DNA of 64,000 bases from Octopus vulgaris (GCA_951406725.2 OX597837.1:5828001-5892000); one strand, 5' to 3'; shown: positions 45,820 to 60,826, counted from the first letter of the stretch. Program-made: numbers and translations. Notes: generated from the letters alone by a model not told the origin.

Positions 45820-45871
<52 letters not shown>

Positions 45872-45879
45872 CATACATA

Positions 45880-45913
<34 letters not shown>

Positions 45914-46167
45914 CATATATATATATACATATTTATATATAAATATAATTGCGTATATGTGAGAGTTGATATTTGTGTGCTCGTTTTTATATGTATGTGT
46001 GTGTGCGTGTGTTTGTGCATGTGTGTGTGTGTGTGTGAGAGAGAGTAGGGAGAGAGAGAGAGACAGCGAGTCATTCAGTGCCATTCAAAGTCAAAGAAAT
46101 CACTTAGACAATACGGTCCAGTAATACAATATTAAATATCCTCCCATAGAAACAGTAGTAGTAGTGT

Positions 46168-46231
<64 letters not shown>

Positions 46232-46684
46232 TGTAGTAGTAGTAGTGGTAGTGGTAGTAGTAGTCGTAGTAGTAGTGGTGGTGGTGGTGGTAGTAGTAGT
46301 AGTAGTATTAGTAGTAGTCGGTGTTGTAGTTGGAAGAAGAGGAAGTGGAGGAGGAGAAGATGATGGAGGTGGAAGAAAAGGAGGAGTTGTAGATGGGAGA
46401 AAAGTAATAACTGTTTCTTATGTGCCCAGAAGGCTCTTCAGTTTCCTTCGAGAAAAAAATATGAGATGTTTGCATGCAAATTATAATTACTACGGAAGCG
46501 AAACTGTTTTCTTTGGAATGGTTCTTACGTTGCCGAACCAAGATGCAAGCGGATTATTTTGACTTCAAGGAAATTCTTAGTTGTTGCTAGCTTAGTTACC
46601 GAAGGGTGGTGCATTTTGACCTTGTCATCCAGGTAACTTGAATAATTTTGATTTGAGATTTTGGCACATGCGCTGCACAGGTTG

Positions 46685-47209
46685 AAGCTACGCCACTATC
46701 ATGGGCTGCTCCGCTCAAGCTACGCCACTATCATGGACTGATCCGCTCAAGCTGAGCCACTATCATGGGCTCATCCGCTCAAGCTACGCCACTATCATGG
46801 GCTGCTCCGATCAAGCTACACCACTGTCATAGCTTGATCCGCTCAATATACGCCATTATCATGGTCTGATACGCTTAAGCTACGCTACCATCATGCGCTG
46901 ACCCGCTCAAGCTACGCCACTATCATGGGTTAATCCGCTCAAGCTACGCCACTATTGTGGGCTGCTCGGATCAAGCTATACCACTGTAATGGCTTGATCC
47001 GCTCAGTCTACGCCATTATCATGGTCTGATCCGCTCAAGCTACGCTACTATCGTGGGCTGATCGGCTCAGGCTACGCCACTCTCATGGGCTGCTCCGATC
47101 AAGCTACACCACTGTAATGGCTTGATCCGCTCAGTCTACGCCACTATCATGGATTGTTCCGTTTAAGCTACGCCACTATCATGAGCTGATCCCCTCAAGC
47201 TACGCCACT

Positions 47210-47213
<4 letters not shown>
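46685..47213 (+). repeat. 32-bp minisatellite, about 16.5 units
   Basis: Consensus aagctacgccactatcatgggctgatccgctc; period 32 (46685, 46717, ...). Confidence 0.92.
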
Positions 47214-47254
<41 letters not shown>

Positions 47255-47704
47255 ACAGGACGACACCAACGGTTCAAACAACATAAAAAAGTAAACAAAC
47301 GAATTAAATACGTAAACAACGAGAAGAAAATGGAGAACAGAACATGTATATTTTTATGTGCATGTGTGTCTGCGTATGCCCTTCCCCACCATCGCTTGAC
47401 AACCGATGTTCTTCTGATTACTCCTCTCTAAATTAGGAGTTCGGGACAACATATCGAAAGAATAAGTACTAGGGTTTTCAAAGAATAACCCTTGCATCGA
47501 TTTCTTTAACTAAAATCCTTGACGGCAGTGCCCCAGTATGGTCGCAGTCAAATGAATGAAACATGTAAAAGACTACATATGTATATGTGTGTGTGTACAT
47601 ATATACATGCGTGTGTGTGTATTTATATATGTATACACACATATATACATACATACGTACATACTACATATTTATATATGTATGTATATATCTATCTATC
47701 TATC

Positions 47705-47775
<71 letters not shown>

Positions 47776-47783
47776 GCACACAT

Positions 47784-47857
<74 letters not shown>

Positions 47858-47954
47858 GGAGAGATGGAGGATTCACAAAAAACAAAAGACGAAAAAAACA
47901 GGGGGTGTAGACAACAAATAGATGTCTTAGTATAACGCTCGGAAGTGAAAGAGT

Positions 47955-47990
47955 ATTTAATATTTTGAGCCTTTGCTCTTCCACAGAAAC
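47955..47990 (-). ncRNA. Degenerate hammerhead-like motif with CUGUGGA core (F4)
   Basis: guuu-CUGUGGA-A-gagc aaag gcuc-AAAAU-AUU-aaau; 3' core decayed; element ~47865-48045. Confidence 0.5.
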
Positions 47991-48307
47991 GCACACAGAA
48001 AGAAACAAGGAGAGAAAATAAAGAATGTGTAGTGGCTAGCGATATGCACGACTGGTTCTTGTGAATTTAGATTACCACACACGGTACAATGGTTCGATGA
48101 TCTTCCTGTGTAATGTTGTGACTACTTCTGTGCTTAGTACTATTACTATTTATAGTATAAGATGTAGTATTGTTTTCACTGATATGTGTCTGTGCGTGTG
48201 AGTCTGTGTGCGTGTGTTTGTATGCCTAGGTATATGTATAAATGCAGACACATGTACATATATGTATGAGTATATCAGTGTGTGTGCTTGTGTGTGTGTA
48301 TACATAC

Positions 48308-48345
<38 letters not shown>

Positions 48346-48398
48346 CTGTGTGGAAAATAAAAGTAAAATATAGCAATTCAATAAAAAGACGTACCGAG

Positions 48399-48452
<54 letters not shown>

Positions 48453-48661
48453 TATATAAACATATATATATATATATATAATATATATATATACATATAT
48501 ATATGATATATAATATATATATATACATATATATTTAAGATATATATATATAACATATAATATATATATGTATATATATAATATATCATATATATATATA
48601 CATATAATATAATATATATATATATATATATATACATACACATGCACACATACACGCACAC

Positions 48662-48699
<38 letters not shown>

Positions 48700-49247
48700 A
48701 TATATATATGTATGCATATACAATCCCATAAATACATGTACCCACATTGGTTGGTATTATATTACCGCTCCAATATATGTGTTCATCTGAAATAACTGAA
48801 TATCAAGTATCAATATTATGTCTTAATCGATAGATTTTTAACATTCAATTCTTCCTATTATTGCTCTCATTTATACAAAACGAAACCCATAAAATAAATG
48901 TGCGCGCGCACAAGCAACACATCCACAGGTACACATTCTCATAAACACATATGTTGCGTAAATATATAGAAACCTAGGAATGTGTGTGCATAGGAACCGA
49001 TCGATTATATCGATGCCCCTACTTGACTGGTGCATTATATTGTCACTCCTGGAAGGAGGAAAATCAAATTTGAACTCGTTAGAATGCAAAGGGATGAAAC
49101 TAATAACACGAGGTATTTTATTCGACACCCCTATCACTTCTGTCATTCGATTAAATTATACCTGTATGCATGATGCATACCGCATGCACAAACCTCTATC
49201 GGCGCATTCATACATGTTTCCAGTTCAAAAATGCTTGAAGTATATAT

Positions 49248-49847
49248 TCTTTTCTACTCTAAGCACAAGGCCCGAAATTTTGGGGGAGAGGGGGGTCAAT
49301 CGATTACACCGACCCCATTACGCAAATGGTACTTAATTTATCGACCTTGAAAGGATGAAAGACAAAGTCGACCTCGGCGGAATTTGAACTCAGAACATAG
49401 CGGCAGACGAAATACCGCTAAGCATTTCGCCCGGCATGCTAGCGTTTCTTATTCCTTTATTTCCCACAAGGGGCTACACATAGAGGGGGCAAACAAGGAC
49501 AAAGAAGGGGGTTAAGCCGATTACATCAACCCCAGTGCGTAACTGGTACTTAATGTATCGACCCCGAAAGGATGAAAGGCAAAGTCGACCTCACCGGAAT
49601 TTGAACTCAGAACGTAAAGATGAAATACCTATTTCATCAAGGGGATGAACACAGAGAGGACAAACAAGGGCAGACAAACGGATTAAGTCGATTATATCGA
49701 CCCCAGTGCGTAACTGGTACTTATTTAATCGACCCCGAAAGGATGAAAGGCAAAGTCGACCTCGGCGGAATTTGAACTCAGAAGCAGCGGCAGATGAAAA
49801 ACTGCTAAGTATTTCGCCCGCCGTGCTAAAGTTTCTGCCAGCTCGCT
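49248..49847 (-). mobile_element. SINE type B, three compound copies
   Basis: Reverse complement of the 34928-35424 pattern. Confidence 0.85.
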
Positions 49848-50183
49848 ACTTTATGCTTGTAGTATATATTCGAATCCATATGAAAACTATTCGAAAGACC
49901 AACTGGACAGGATTCTGTGAACTGACCATACATACATACATACATACATACATACATACATACATAAAGGTATATGTATATGTGTGAGTGTATACATACA
50001 TATATAATATATATAGGTGCAGGAGTGGCTGTTTACCACCCCGTAACTTAGCAGTTCGGCAAATGTGATCGATAGAATAAGTAGTAGACTTACAAAGACT
50101 AAGTCCTAGGATCGATTTGCTCGACTAAAGGCGGTGCTCCATCGTGGCCACCGTCAAATGACTGAAACAAATATAAAGAATAT

Positions 50184-50262
<79 letters not shown>

Positions 50263-50398
50263 CACGCGCACACACACACATTCATATGCATGCATACATA
50301 ACATAAACACACATACACAAGGACATTATATGATCGCAGTCAGATGTACTTCAAAACATTGAAGTTTACGACAATCGTACACAAACATACATTCCACG

Positions 50399-50439
<41 letters not shown>

Positions 50440-50565
50440 TTATACGCCACAAAGTTACATATATAAACGCAGTTGTATTAACTGTTACACTGACAAACAC
50501 CACCACGTACTTAAAAGAATTATAATATCCTTGTGGAAAACACGAACACAAACATACACACACAT

Positions 50566-50654
<89 letters not shown>

Positions 50655-50770
50655 ACACACAGACATAATTGCACGCAATCACATACTTTAAGCAATATCT
50701 CAAATACACATACGCAAGCACTAGAATGCTGACACTCGCTATGACAACACGATTGCTACAGGCATACACA

Positions 50771-50830
<60 letters not shown>

Positions 50831-53246
50831 GCACAGTCACAAGCACTAAGCCAGACATACTTTCCACCACAGCGCCACATACCTTAAAATACATCAGAAA
50901 AAAATTATCACATACACAAACACAAATATACGAACACTCTCAGGGACAATCGTAAAGACACACCACAAATTAACCATTTGCTACAAGCATACATACGCAC
51001 ACACACACACACATGCACACAGAAGCACAAACACGACACACATACACACGCAACAAACTCCAACATACACACAACAAAAACAGACACACCACCACCCAAT
51101 GTGACTCAACGACACTCATAACCACATGTTCTTAAAGCTATCTAATGGCTATTTGTATTTCGATTTCCTTTCCTCTTTATTTAAGATTATTCAATTGGTT
51201 GGAAGAAATTGCTCAAATCGCACTAACTTTTATCAAAGACACGTGCTATAATTACCCGGCATTAATAGGAGTTAAAGAATTATTTAAATCACGAATTTTT
51301 AGAATTGACTATTATTAAAAATATCAGTTTGCAATTCAATATCGAATATTTTTACACTGTTTAGACGGAAGTATACACTGTTATATTCAGGACAGCGATT
51401 TCTGACATAAAAAAAAACGAGATAAAAAACATAAATATATTGGTACAAAATGCAGAAACCGAATTAAAATTTAACAAATAACGTTTTAATGTTAAACCAT
51501 TCGAAATTACAATTATAACCCGTGATAAAGGTCGCTAGAACTTTTAAATCCGAAGTTTGATGGTTATTAAAAGGAAAAAAAAATGGTCGCTCTGGCATCA
51601 CGATGAGAGTGTTGGTGTGTTGGCGTGTTGTCGTTACCGCTGCTGCTGTTGTTGTTTTTACTGTTGTTATTGTCTTTTCTTCTTTTATGTTTTTTTCTTT
51701 ACTAGTTTCAAGTCTTGTTACAAGAACTGTTCGGTAATGACTGCCCTTGTTCTGAGTTGTGGCACTACCACGTCGTGAAACATTTTCGGTAAATTTTACT
51801 AACCACAGCTGCACCACAGGTAACTAGTGTTATGGACAGGAGTTATTTCACAGAATAGCAATCGACGGTCTGAGTGGTCGACAAGAAGACCATCGACGGT
51901 GTGTGTCAATTTCAAGTTTTGCAAGAACATTCTCGATAGGGACAGCTTATGAGTCGTACTCTAATTGTCCTTTTCTGACTCTCTGCTGATTCAATTCAGA
52001 GGTGATATTCAAATGAAGATTTTCATTTGACCCATACACACAGTTGTACCTGTTCATACGGTTCGCTAACTTTAACATAGCCTCATCTGTCCGAATGATT
52101 TTACCAAGAAGCACTGGTGCGTTTGAGTTCTGGTCATAAGTTATCTCACTGAACTATAATCGACGGTCTGGATCGTCGTCCAGAAGACGATGTAAAAGAT
52201 GTCGACGATGGGTTTCAATTTCAGGTTACACATTAAGCATTGCAAGAACGTTCTCCGTAGGGACAGCTTATGAGACGCATTGTGTGTGAACATTTTCGAA
52301 AAATATTTTTCGGATCCCTACGTTTTAGATGTCGGAGATTACGGATATGCAAAATCAATTGTTTTAAACACTCCCCACCACCACTACCACTGCCACCTCT
52401 CCCACACTATCACCCCCTCCCCTTAAAATTTTGAACTTTTTCTAAATTTTTCTTCCCTTATGTTTTCAATGACGGAGATACCGAATATACAAGAAACCAC
52501 GCTTTCAACATTTTAAATTCAATAAGCGTATAGATATGTGTATAAAGAGATAGATAGATATGAATATCTTCCTGGGGCTACAAACAACGGTAACACCGTC
52601 TTCTATAGGACAGCCATATTTAGTTGACAAATATATTTTATGAATAAACGGCCAGGGATAAATAGACAAACAGATAAATAAATAAATGGATGAAAAAGTT
52701 CAAAATTTTAAATTGGAGGAGAGGGTGAAATTTGAACCTGTTATTAAACTTTAACATTAATTATCAAACATTAGTGTTTGTTTCTCATAAAATGGCTTAT
52801 TTAGATTTAATTATTATTTACGATTATTTAAGGCAAACATAAGTAAAACGCTAATTCTTTTAACTTTAATGTTTTTCTCTGTATTTAATTTCGATTTGCA
52901 TATATTCGTCAATTCGCTACGATCTCTTTAAAGTAAACAAAATCGAAAATTTATATTGGGGTGGGGGTGGAGGCGGAAGAGGTGGGGTAAAGTAGAAAAT
53001 AATTTTTTTGCGTATTCATAATCTTCGATATATAAAACGTAGGAATCTCCAAAACTTTTTTTAAACAAAATGCATTTTTCAAGGAGAAGAGTGAAACTGC
53101 ATTATCTTCATATATATATATATATATACACACCATACCACAAAAAAAAACACGAAAAGTAAACACAAGAAAAAGGAAAAAGAGACAACGGGAGGACGTG
53201 GTACATGAAAAGTATTAACAGACGCTCAAGGAAGGATAGAAAGTTA

Positions 53247-53281
53247 GTTTTACATTTCGAGCAAAGCTCTCCTTCAGAAAC
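53247..53281 (-). ncRNA. Minimal hammerhead ribozyme, F4-related, near-canonical core
   Basis: guuu-CUGAAGG-A-gagc uuu gcuc-GAAAU-GUA-aaac; shares the flanking taac..acgctc..ggaag block with F4; element ~53130-53358. Confidence 0.65.
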
Positions 53282-53359
53282 AGGAGACAGAGGAAAGTCC
53301 AGGAGAAAAGGAAGACAGAAGAAAGAAATCGTCAACAATCCACATATAGTTACATTTTA

Positions 53360-53443
<84 letters not shown>

Positions 53444-54464
53444 TGTGTGTATGTCTATATATATGTGTGTATATATATATATATATTTTTCATATATAAT
53501 CTAAATGATATATATATAAGTACATCTATAATTGTATATGTATGTGTATATGTGTATATAAATCCATATGTATATACTTACAGCCATACACACATACACA
53601 CACGCGCGCACACACATATTTATACAATGCCGTGACACCAAAACAATCGTAGCTAGTAATAAATTTATTCTTCGTCCACACACACATACAGACACACACT
53701 CATCGATACAAGTATGCGGAAAGCTAAAACTTGATCATTTAAGATTATGCCATAATTATTATGCACAAAACAAACCTTCCTACGGATTTTTAATCCATAT
53801 TGTCTAAAAAATTACGATCGTTTAATCTCAGAAGTCTCATTTGATTGTTGTTTTTCGGGAGTAAACACATTTGGAAGATTTTATTGACTAATTACAAATG
53901 AAGGACTCATTTGGTCGCAGTTCTTTCAACTCGCCATCCTTCTAGTATGAAAACCTTTACTATGTTTTCCTTTGACTGTCACATAGTTTTCCTTTCACCT
54001 AGGCTTGTTCGCTTGTTGCCGCCAATTTTTCGACATTATTCATTAAAAAAAACAAACAAACAAACAAAACAATTCCTTTTGTTTCAGATTCCAACCAACC
54101 ATTTTTTCTTTCTTATTCCTTTATGCTTTTTTTTTTTTAATTTTTCCAAGTTCGGAATTTCCTACTTTATTTCTTTTACTTCATAATATTTTATTTATTC
54201 ATTTTTAAATATAATTTTTAAATATTTGCTGCATTGTTTATTGAAATTTGTACTTAAAAAAAAAACAACAAAAAGTAAAATTCCTGCATGAAAAATCTCT
54301 TAAATTTTATTCTCAAAGTTTTCGAAGTTCAAATTTTCATATAAAGACAATTATTCGTTTTCTTCTTCTTCTTCTTCTTCTTCTTCTTCTTCTTCTTCTT
54401 CTTCTTCTTCTTCTTCTTCTTCTTCTTCTTCTTCTTCTTCTTCTTCTTCTTCATCATGATTATT

Positions 54465-54503
<39 letters not shown>

Positions 54504-54619
54504 GTAATCATCATAATCATCATCATCATCATCATTGTTAATTTTATTATTATTACTATTATTATTAATATTATTATTATTATTATTATGATGATGATGA
54601 TCATCATCATCATTATTAA

Positions 54620-54668
<49 letters not shown>

Positions 54669-54983
54669 TTTTTTTTTTTTTTTTTTTGCTAGAAGATTTT
54701 GTAGAAAAATTTCGTTTCGTAGATTTGTTCTTTACGAGCATTGTGTATGTGTATGATTTTCTTTGTCTGTACGTTCGTGTATATGTGTGCTTTATGCGAA
54801 TTAATATCCGTTTGTATTAGGTGTGTAAATGCGTGTGACTCTAAGTCTATCCACTATATGTTTGCATGTGAATACGTATATGTATGCCTGTATTTGGTTA
54901 CGTATGATATGAGTGTATTTATATACGTATACATGTGTGTGTGTGTTTGCCAGTGCGCGTGGGTGTGAATGTGTATGTATGCA

Positions 54984-55046
<63 letters not shown>

Positions 55047-55989
55047 GCATGTGTCTGTTTATTTGTTGGCGTGCATTTGTTCATGCTTGTGTGCCTATGT
55101 GTACATTTATGTGCGTACAGATACGTGTATATATATACATATGTATATGCGTTTATGTGTATGTAGGTGCGTGTGTGTGTGTGTATGCGTGTATGTCTGT
55201 CTGTGTTAGTGTGTCTTTGTATTTGTGCGTGATTGTGTGTATTTTTTTTGTGTGTGTGTATTTGGGGCCCGCTGTAGAGTATATTTTGTGTTCGTATGTT
55301 TTAGCAATGTCAATATTGAGATCGACATTTTCATTTTATTGTATTTTTATTTTACCAGAAACTATAACATTTTTGGCAAAGAATCACAAATGTGTAATGC
55401 TAATTATACCCTGGGGCGACAAACAAACAAACAAACAAACCAACAAACAAGCCAAGAAACATACAATAACAACAGAAAGAACAACAGTATTACAGCTAAT
55501 AGCGGACAGTATATGAAGAAGAGCAACAGAGAAAACGGAACAACGATAATGTCTGTTTTCATGGCGGACATGCTGGAAAGAAAATAACTCAGAAGAAATA
55601 AAGCAACAACTGTAAAATAGACAACAGCAACACGACCACCACCTCTACCACCAGTACCACCACCACCGACGCCATCGTCACCGCCATCAATGTCATCGCA
55701 ACCACCTCGCCTCCATCACGAACAGTAACACACCTTCACCGCCAATAACAACATCAACAATAACAACAGCAGCAACAACAACAAGATCACATAATATCCG
55801 TTTGTTTTAATTAACATGTTGTGAATTTCTACGTGTCATCAAACAGTCTTCTTGTTGTTGCTGAACTTCATTAAAAGATCCGTGTAGGTCATACAAGGAA
55901 AAAAAAACAAACAAAAAGAAAAAGAAAATGAAAGCAGTGTGGCTTAGAAAAACAGAGTGTATTATTATCATTATTTACATCAGTTTTCG

Positions 55990-56065
55990 TTATTATTATT
56001 ATTGTCATCATCATCATCATCACCACCACTATCATCATCATCATTATCATCGTCATCGTCACCAC

Positions 56066-56118
<53 letters not shown>

Positions 56119-56120
56119 CC

Positions 56121-56198
<78 letters not shown>

Positions 56199-56208
56199 GT
56201 CATCGTCA

Positions 56209-56239
<31 letters not shown>

Positions 56240-56262
56240 CAACATCATCATCATTATCACCA

Positions 56263-56293
<31 letters not shown>

Positions 56294-56352
56294 CATCATC
56301 AACATCATCAATATCATCATCACCACCATCATCATCATCATCATCATCATCA
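55990..56352. repeat. (CAT)n/(CAC)n microsatellite block
   Basis: Seen directly. Comparable blocks: 288-440 and 660-805 (ATT), 46155-46320 (GTA), 54361-54690 (CTT/CAT/ATT). Confidence 0.95.
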
Positions 56353-56507
56353 TTTTTATTGAAGGTGGGACCTGTAGAATATATATAGTGTCGAAAAATA
56401 CCTTGTGGTATTTATTATTTAGTCCACTTCTTCACTGTTTGCGTTCAAATAACCAATTCGATCAGCCTTACCTTTCATACATTCGGTTCAATAACATGAA
56501 GTACTGC

Positions 56508-56850
56508 AGCTTTGTGGTAAGTAGCTTGCTTGCCAACCACATGGTTCCGGGTTCAGTCCCACTGCTTGGTACCTTGGGGAGGTGTCTTCTACTATAGCCT
56601 CGGACCGACCAAAGCCTTGTGAGTGGATATGGCATGTTTGTGTGCCTGTGTTTGTTCCCCAACATTGCTTGACAACCGATGGTGGTGTGTTTACGTCCCC
56701 GTCACTTAGCGGTTCGGCAAGAAAGACCGATGAAATAAGCACTGGGCTTACAAAGAATAAGTCCTGCTGTCGATTTGCTCGACTAAAGGCGGTGCTCCAG
56801 CATGGCAGCAGTCAAATGACTGAAAAGAATAAAAGAATAGAAGAATAAAA
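56508..56850 (+). mobile_element. SINE type A with internal deletion
   Basis: Similarity to 4820-5228. Confidence 0.8.
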
Positions 56851-58255
56851 GAGCATTCCTTGCCACAAAGTGGCTTCCAAAAAATGTAAATGAAAACAGT
56901 ATTTGCTGAGATCACTTAAAAAAATGGCCGTGTAAACATTTTTAATTGTAGTTTATTTTATGTCAGTATTGATTCGTGGTTTACGGTGACCACCTCTTTG
57001 ACACCTCCCGCAATAACATCCCCACTACACCTCACTTAGGCAAATGCAAAGGAAAAATCTCAAAGAAAACACAGGAAATTCGGAAACGGTTTCAGTCGAT
57101 TATACTTCTTTGGATAATAATGACGTAAGATTATAGAGTACAAAATAAGTAAACTGTGTAAGATCACAGACATTGCAATACCATATCGTTTCAATTTTAG
57201 AATATGTACCGCCGTAGCTAGTGATAGCAGAGGAATTGAAAATAAAAAATTTAAAGAAAAAAGAAAAGAAATGAGAAATAGTAGAGTTTCGCCACAGATT
57301 TGAAGAGACTGTGAAAGAACAAGACAACAATTATTCCTCTGGTAATTGGTGCACTTGGCATAACAGACAAAATACAACATAGGAGACCAATATGGCGGTG
57401 CCCCAGCATGGCCACAGCTCGTGAGCTGAAACTAGATAAAATAATTAAAAAATAGTTATTGGAATTGAGACTTGTTTTGGTGATCAGCAGAAATATGCTC
57501 TTCTGTATTCTGCCAGAACCGAAGAAATATCCTTGAGATTTGAAGAATTTGTTCTTTTTCAAATCTAAAGGGAATGTGTCCGCTAATTAAAATGTTAACA
57601 ATAATTGCTTTAAAATTTGGCGCAAAGATAGGAAATTTTTGATGAGAGGAATAGTCGGTTATATTAGCCTCAGAAGTTGGCTGCTGCTTTATTTCATCGG
57701 CCGGAAAAGGATACAAAATATATTTACATCGCGTAATGCTTATTTCTTGATTCGAATTTCTCTGTCTCACTGTCCCTTTGTCGTACGTATCACAAGTGTG
57801 ATAAATATATCATGAATCTGTAGTTAAACATTTTTCAGTATTATTAGCCACATCAGATAGCGGAGTTGTTTAATGCCAAGAAGGCAAACAGTAACGTGTG
57901 ATCAACGTCAGGTACTTCCTTGGATTAGAATTTGGGGTCAGCATGAAATCTTTTCACCTACAAAAAAAAAGAGAAAAAGAAAAAATGTTCATGTGCACTG
58001 TACATCTTAAAACATCACAAAAATTTCCAAGAACAAGAATAAAAAACAACAACAACAACAGCAACAACAACCGTTCAAGAAATTGGACCTGGAGATCTCC
58101 ATTTCCAGCGACTTCGAGGGCCACTTTCTAGTGGTGTCGGGCTTCAACGAAGAGCCTTCGACTACAACAAGACGACCAAAGTTTTTTTCTTTATTTTTTC
58201 CAAGGTCTGGGATCTCCTTTCCCAAAGCCCTAGACCATCACCTAAACACCCTTAC

Positions 58256-58346
58256 CTGTCTTGTTGCTTAATAACAACAACAACAATAACAGCAGCAACA
58301 ACAACAACAGCAACAACAACAGCAGCAACAACAAGAAGAACACCAT
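58256..58346 (-). CDS. Tentative first coding exon: MVFF-L22-SNKT, phase-1 donor
   Basis: GACATGG start context, 91 nt (30 codons + 1), donor ACAG|GTAAGG. The poly-Leu comes from a (TTG)n tract, so this may be chance. Confidence 0.2.
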
Positions 58347-58703
58347 GTCTTAGGCATCAAAAGCCATCAAGCAGAATTTAACAAGTGGCAGGAGTTAAGC
58401 GAGTTTCAAAAGGTGATATCAAAATGGGGTATATTAATTCGTCGTTTTGTAATGGTTATCTGTTGTATTGCTATATATATTACTCTTCGTTTTATTGGCT
58501 CATTGCTTGCATAATTAGTTTTTTATTGTTGAAGTCCAACACTAAAAACAAAAATGTATTTTATTCCTTTAGCAGAAATATGGAGTCTTTTACGCGCCTG
58601 AATATATCCACTTATATTTTATTTAACAATGATTCAAAGAATTTATCATGTTTTATACATACATACATACATACATACATACATACATACATACATACAT
58701 ACA

Positions 58704-58765
<62 letters not shown>

Positions 58766-58911
58766 ATCTAGTGTGTGTGTTTGCTTGTGATGTATATTTA
58801 CATTCATATATGCATATATATGGATACACCCAAACCCCCACACAGTCATATATATACATATGTATATATGTATATATATATATATATACATATATACATA
58901 TATATATATAC

Positions 58912-58963
<52 letters not shown>

Positions 58964-59375
58964 GTACACACACACACATATATAGTTTTTATTATTTTTC
59001 CTATTCCAGGTATTTTATTATTTCTTCTATACCTATAAATTATTTATGATTTTACCAATATTTTCTTTTGAATTCCTCTACACCTAACAAATAAACGCAA
59101 CATTCTAAAAGCTGTTTATAGTATTTTACCAAAATTCTTCCCGATGTTGTTGTTATTGTTGTTATTGGATGTTTTCATTGTCAACTTTTATCTATTAATG
59201 TCACCGAATTATGAAATATACAGTATTTGCAAACGGTGACGAAGTGTGTCTTTTCAATATTTTCAAATGACAGAAAAAATATTATATATTATGTTGCACG
59301 TGTATGTTTTAAAATCCTTGGGTACCTTTCGATCATTTTTGGTATCAAAGACTTTAATGACGTCAATGAAAATAC

Positions 59376-59442
<67 letters not shown>

Positions 59443-59809
59443 TAAGAAAGCGAGAGAGAAATAGAGATAGATAGATAGAAAGAGAGAGAGAGAAGAGAGA
59501 GGAAAGAGCGAGAATCGCATCTTCATCTTCAAGGCGGCACGCTGGCTATATTTTAAACACGTCGGTCAAAATATTGAACCGTATTTTTCGCAGCTCTTTA
59601 CGTTTTGCGCGCAAATTCATTTTACATCCTTTTAAAATCGATGAAATATCAGGCCATTAAGAATGTTTCATGCACCAAGTTTGACAGTCATTAACTCTAA
59701 AGTTTTATCCTGACAGATCTAAGTTTTACAACATTGAAGAGTTACATCATCACTTTTCGAAATGCAATTCACGGTGAGTTTTGTATTGTAAGTCAATTTT
59801 TGTGAACCC

Positions 59810-60826
59810 ATGAATAGATAAAAAAATTTGTGTTGTTTGTGTATATGAGTTCCGTCGTGAAACCACTGCATCCCAGAGAGCTCGAAACATCAATGAGGTA
59901 TTTGGTGAAGATGTGGCGAATAAGAGCACTGTAAGTCGAATTTTTGAGGAGTTCCCGTCTGGTGACTTTACTCTTGAAAATCATCCCCGTCGTAGACCTG
60001 AGACCAAGGTAGATAATGACGAACTGGAAACTATAGTGGAAGTGGATAAATCTCAAACTAAGCATGAGTTAGCAGCAGGGTTTGATGTTTCGATTCCCAC
60101 TGTGTTAGACCATCTGAAACAAATCGGCAAGGTAAAGAAGCTGGGAAAGTGGATACTACTCGAAGCGAACGAGCATTAAATGACACGTAGTCTTGAAGCT
60201 TGCTGTTTTTGCTGTAACAGCATAAAAGCGAACCATGTTTGCATCGTATTGTCACGTGTGAGGAAAATTGGATTCTTTTCAACAATAGCAAGCATTCTTC
60301 GCGGTGGTTGGGTAGAGCCGAAGTGCCAAAATACCATCCAAACGAATATTCATCAAAATATGGTAATGCTGTTTATTTGGTGGACCAGAACTGGAGTTAT
60401 CCACTAGAGCTTCAAGAGACCTGGTAAGGCAATTACAGCAGATGTATACATCAACCAATTGGATGAAATGATGAATGCACTTGCAATTAAACAACCGAGA
60501 TTGGTCAATAGAGACAGGCCAATTCTCTTGCAAGACAATATTCGACCACATGTAGCACTAAAAAGGCCACTCATGTTACAGGAACTGAACTTAGAAGTAC
60601 CCTATTATCCATCATATTCACCAGACCTTGCACCAACTGACTATCATGTTTTCCAAGCATTACACAACTCGTTGTAAGGAAAATACTTCAAATCTGAAGG
60701 AGATGTAAAAACCGTCTTCCGTGATTTCAACACCGCTTGCACTTCAGAATTTTTCACTGTAGTCATAAATAAGCAACCGATAAATGGCAAAATTGTGTTG
60801 ATGATTTCGGTTCATACTTTGATTAA
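59810..60826 (+). pseudogene. Decayed mariner (Tc1/mariner) transposase
   Basis: Fragments in several frames: VLDHLKQIGKVKKLGKW, RIVTCEENW (DEKW-like), PILLQDNIRPH (HDNARPH-like), YSPDLAPTDYHVF; multiple stops and frameshifts. Confidence 0.9.

Noticed and set aside
46685-47213. CRISPR-like appearance of 32-bp repeats
   Set aside because: Units are contiguous with no spacers, there are no cas genes, and the context is eukaryotic.
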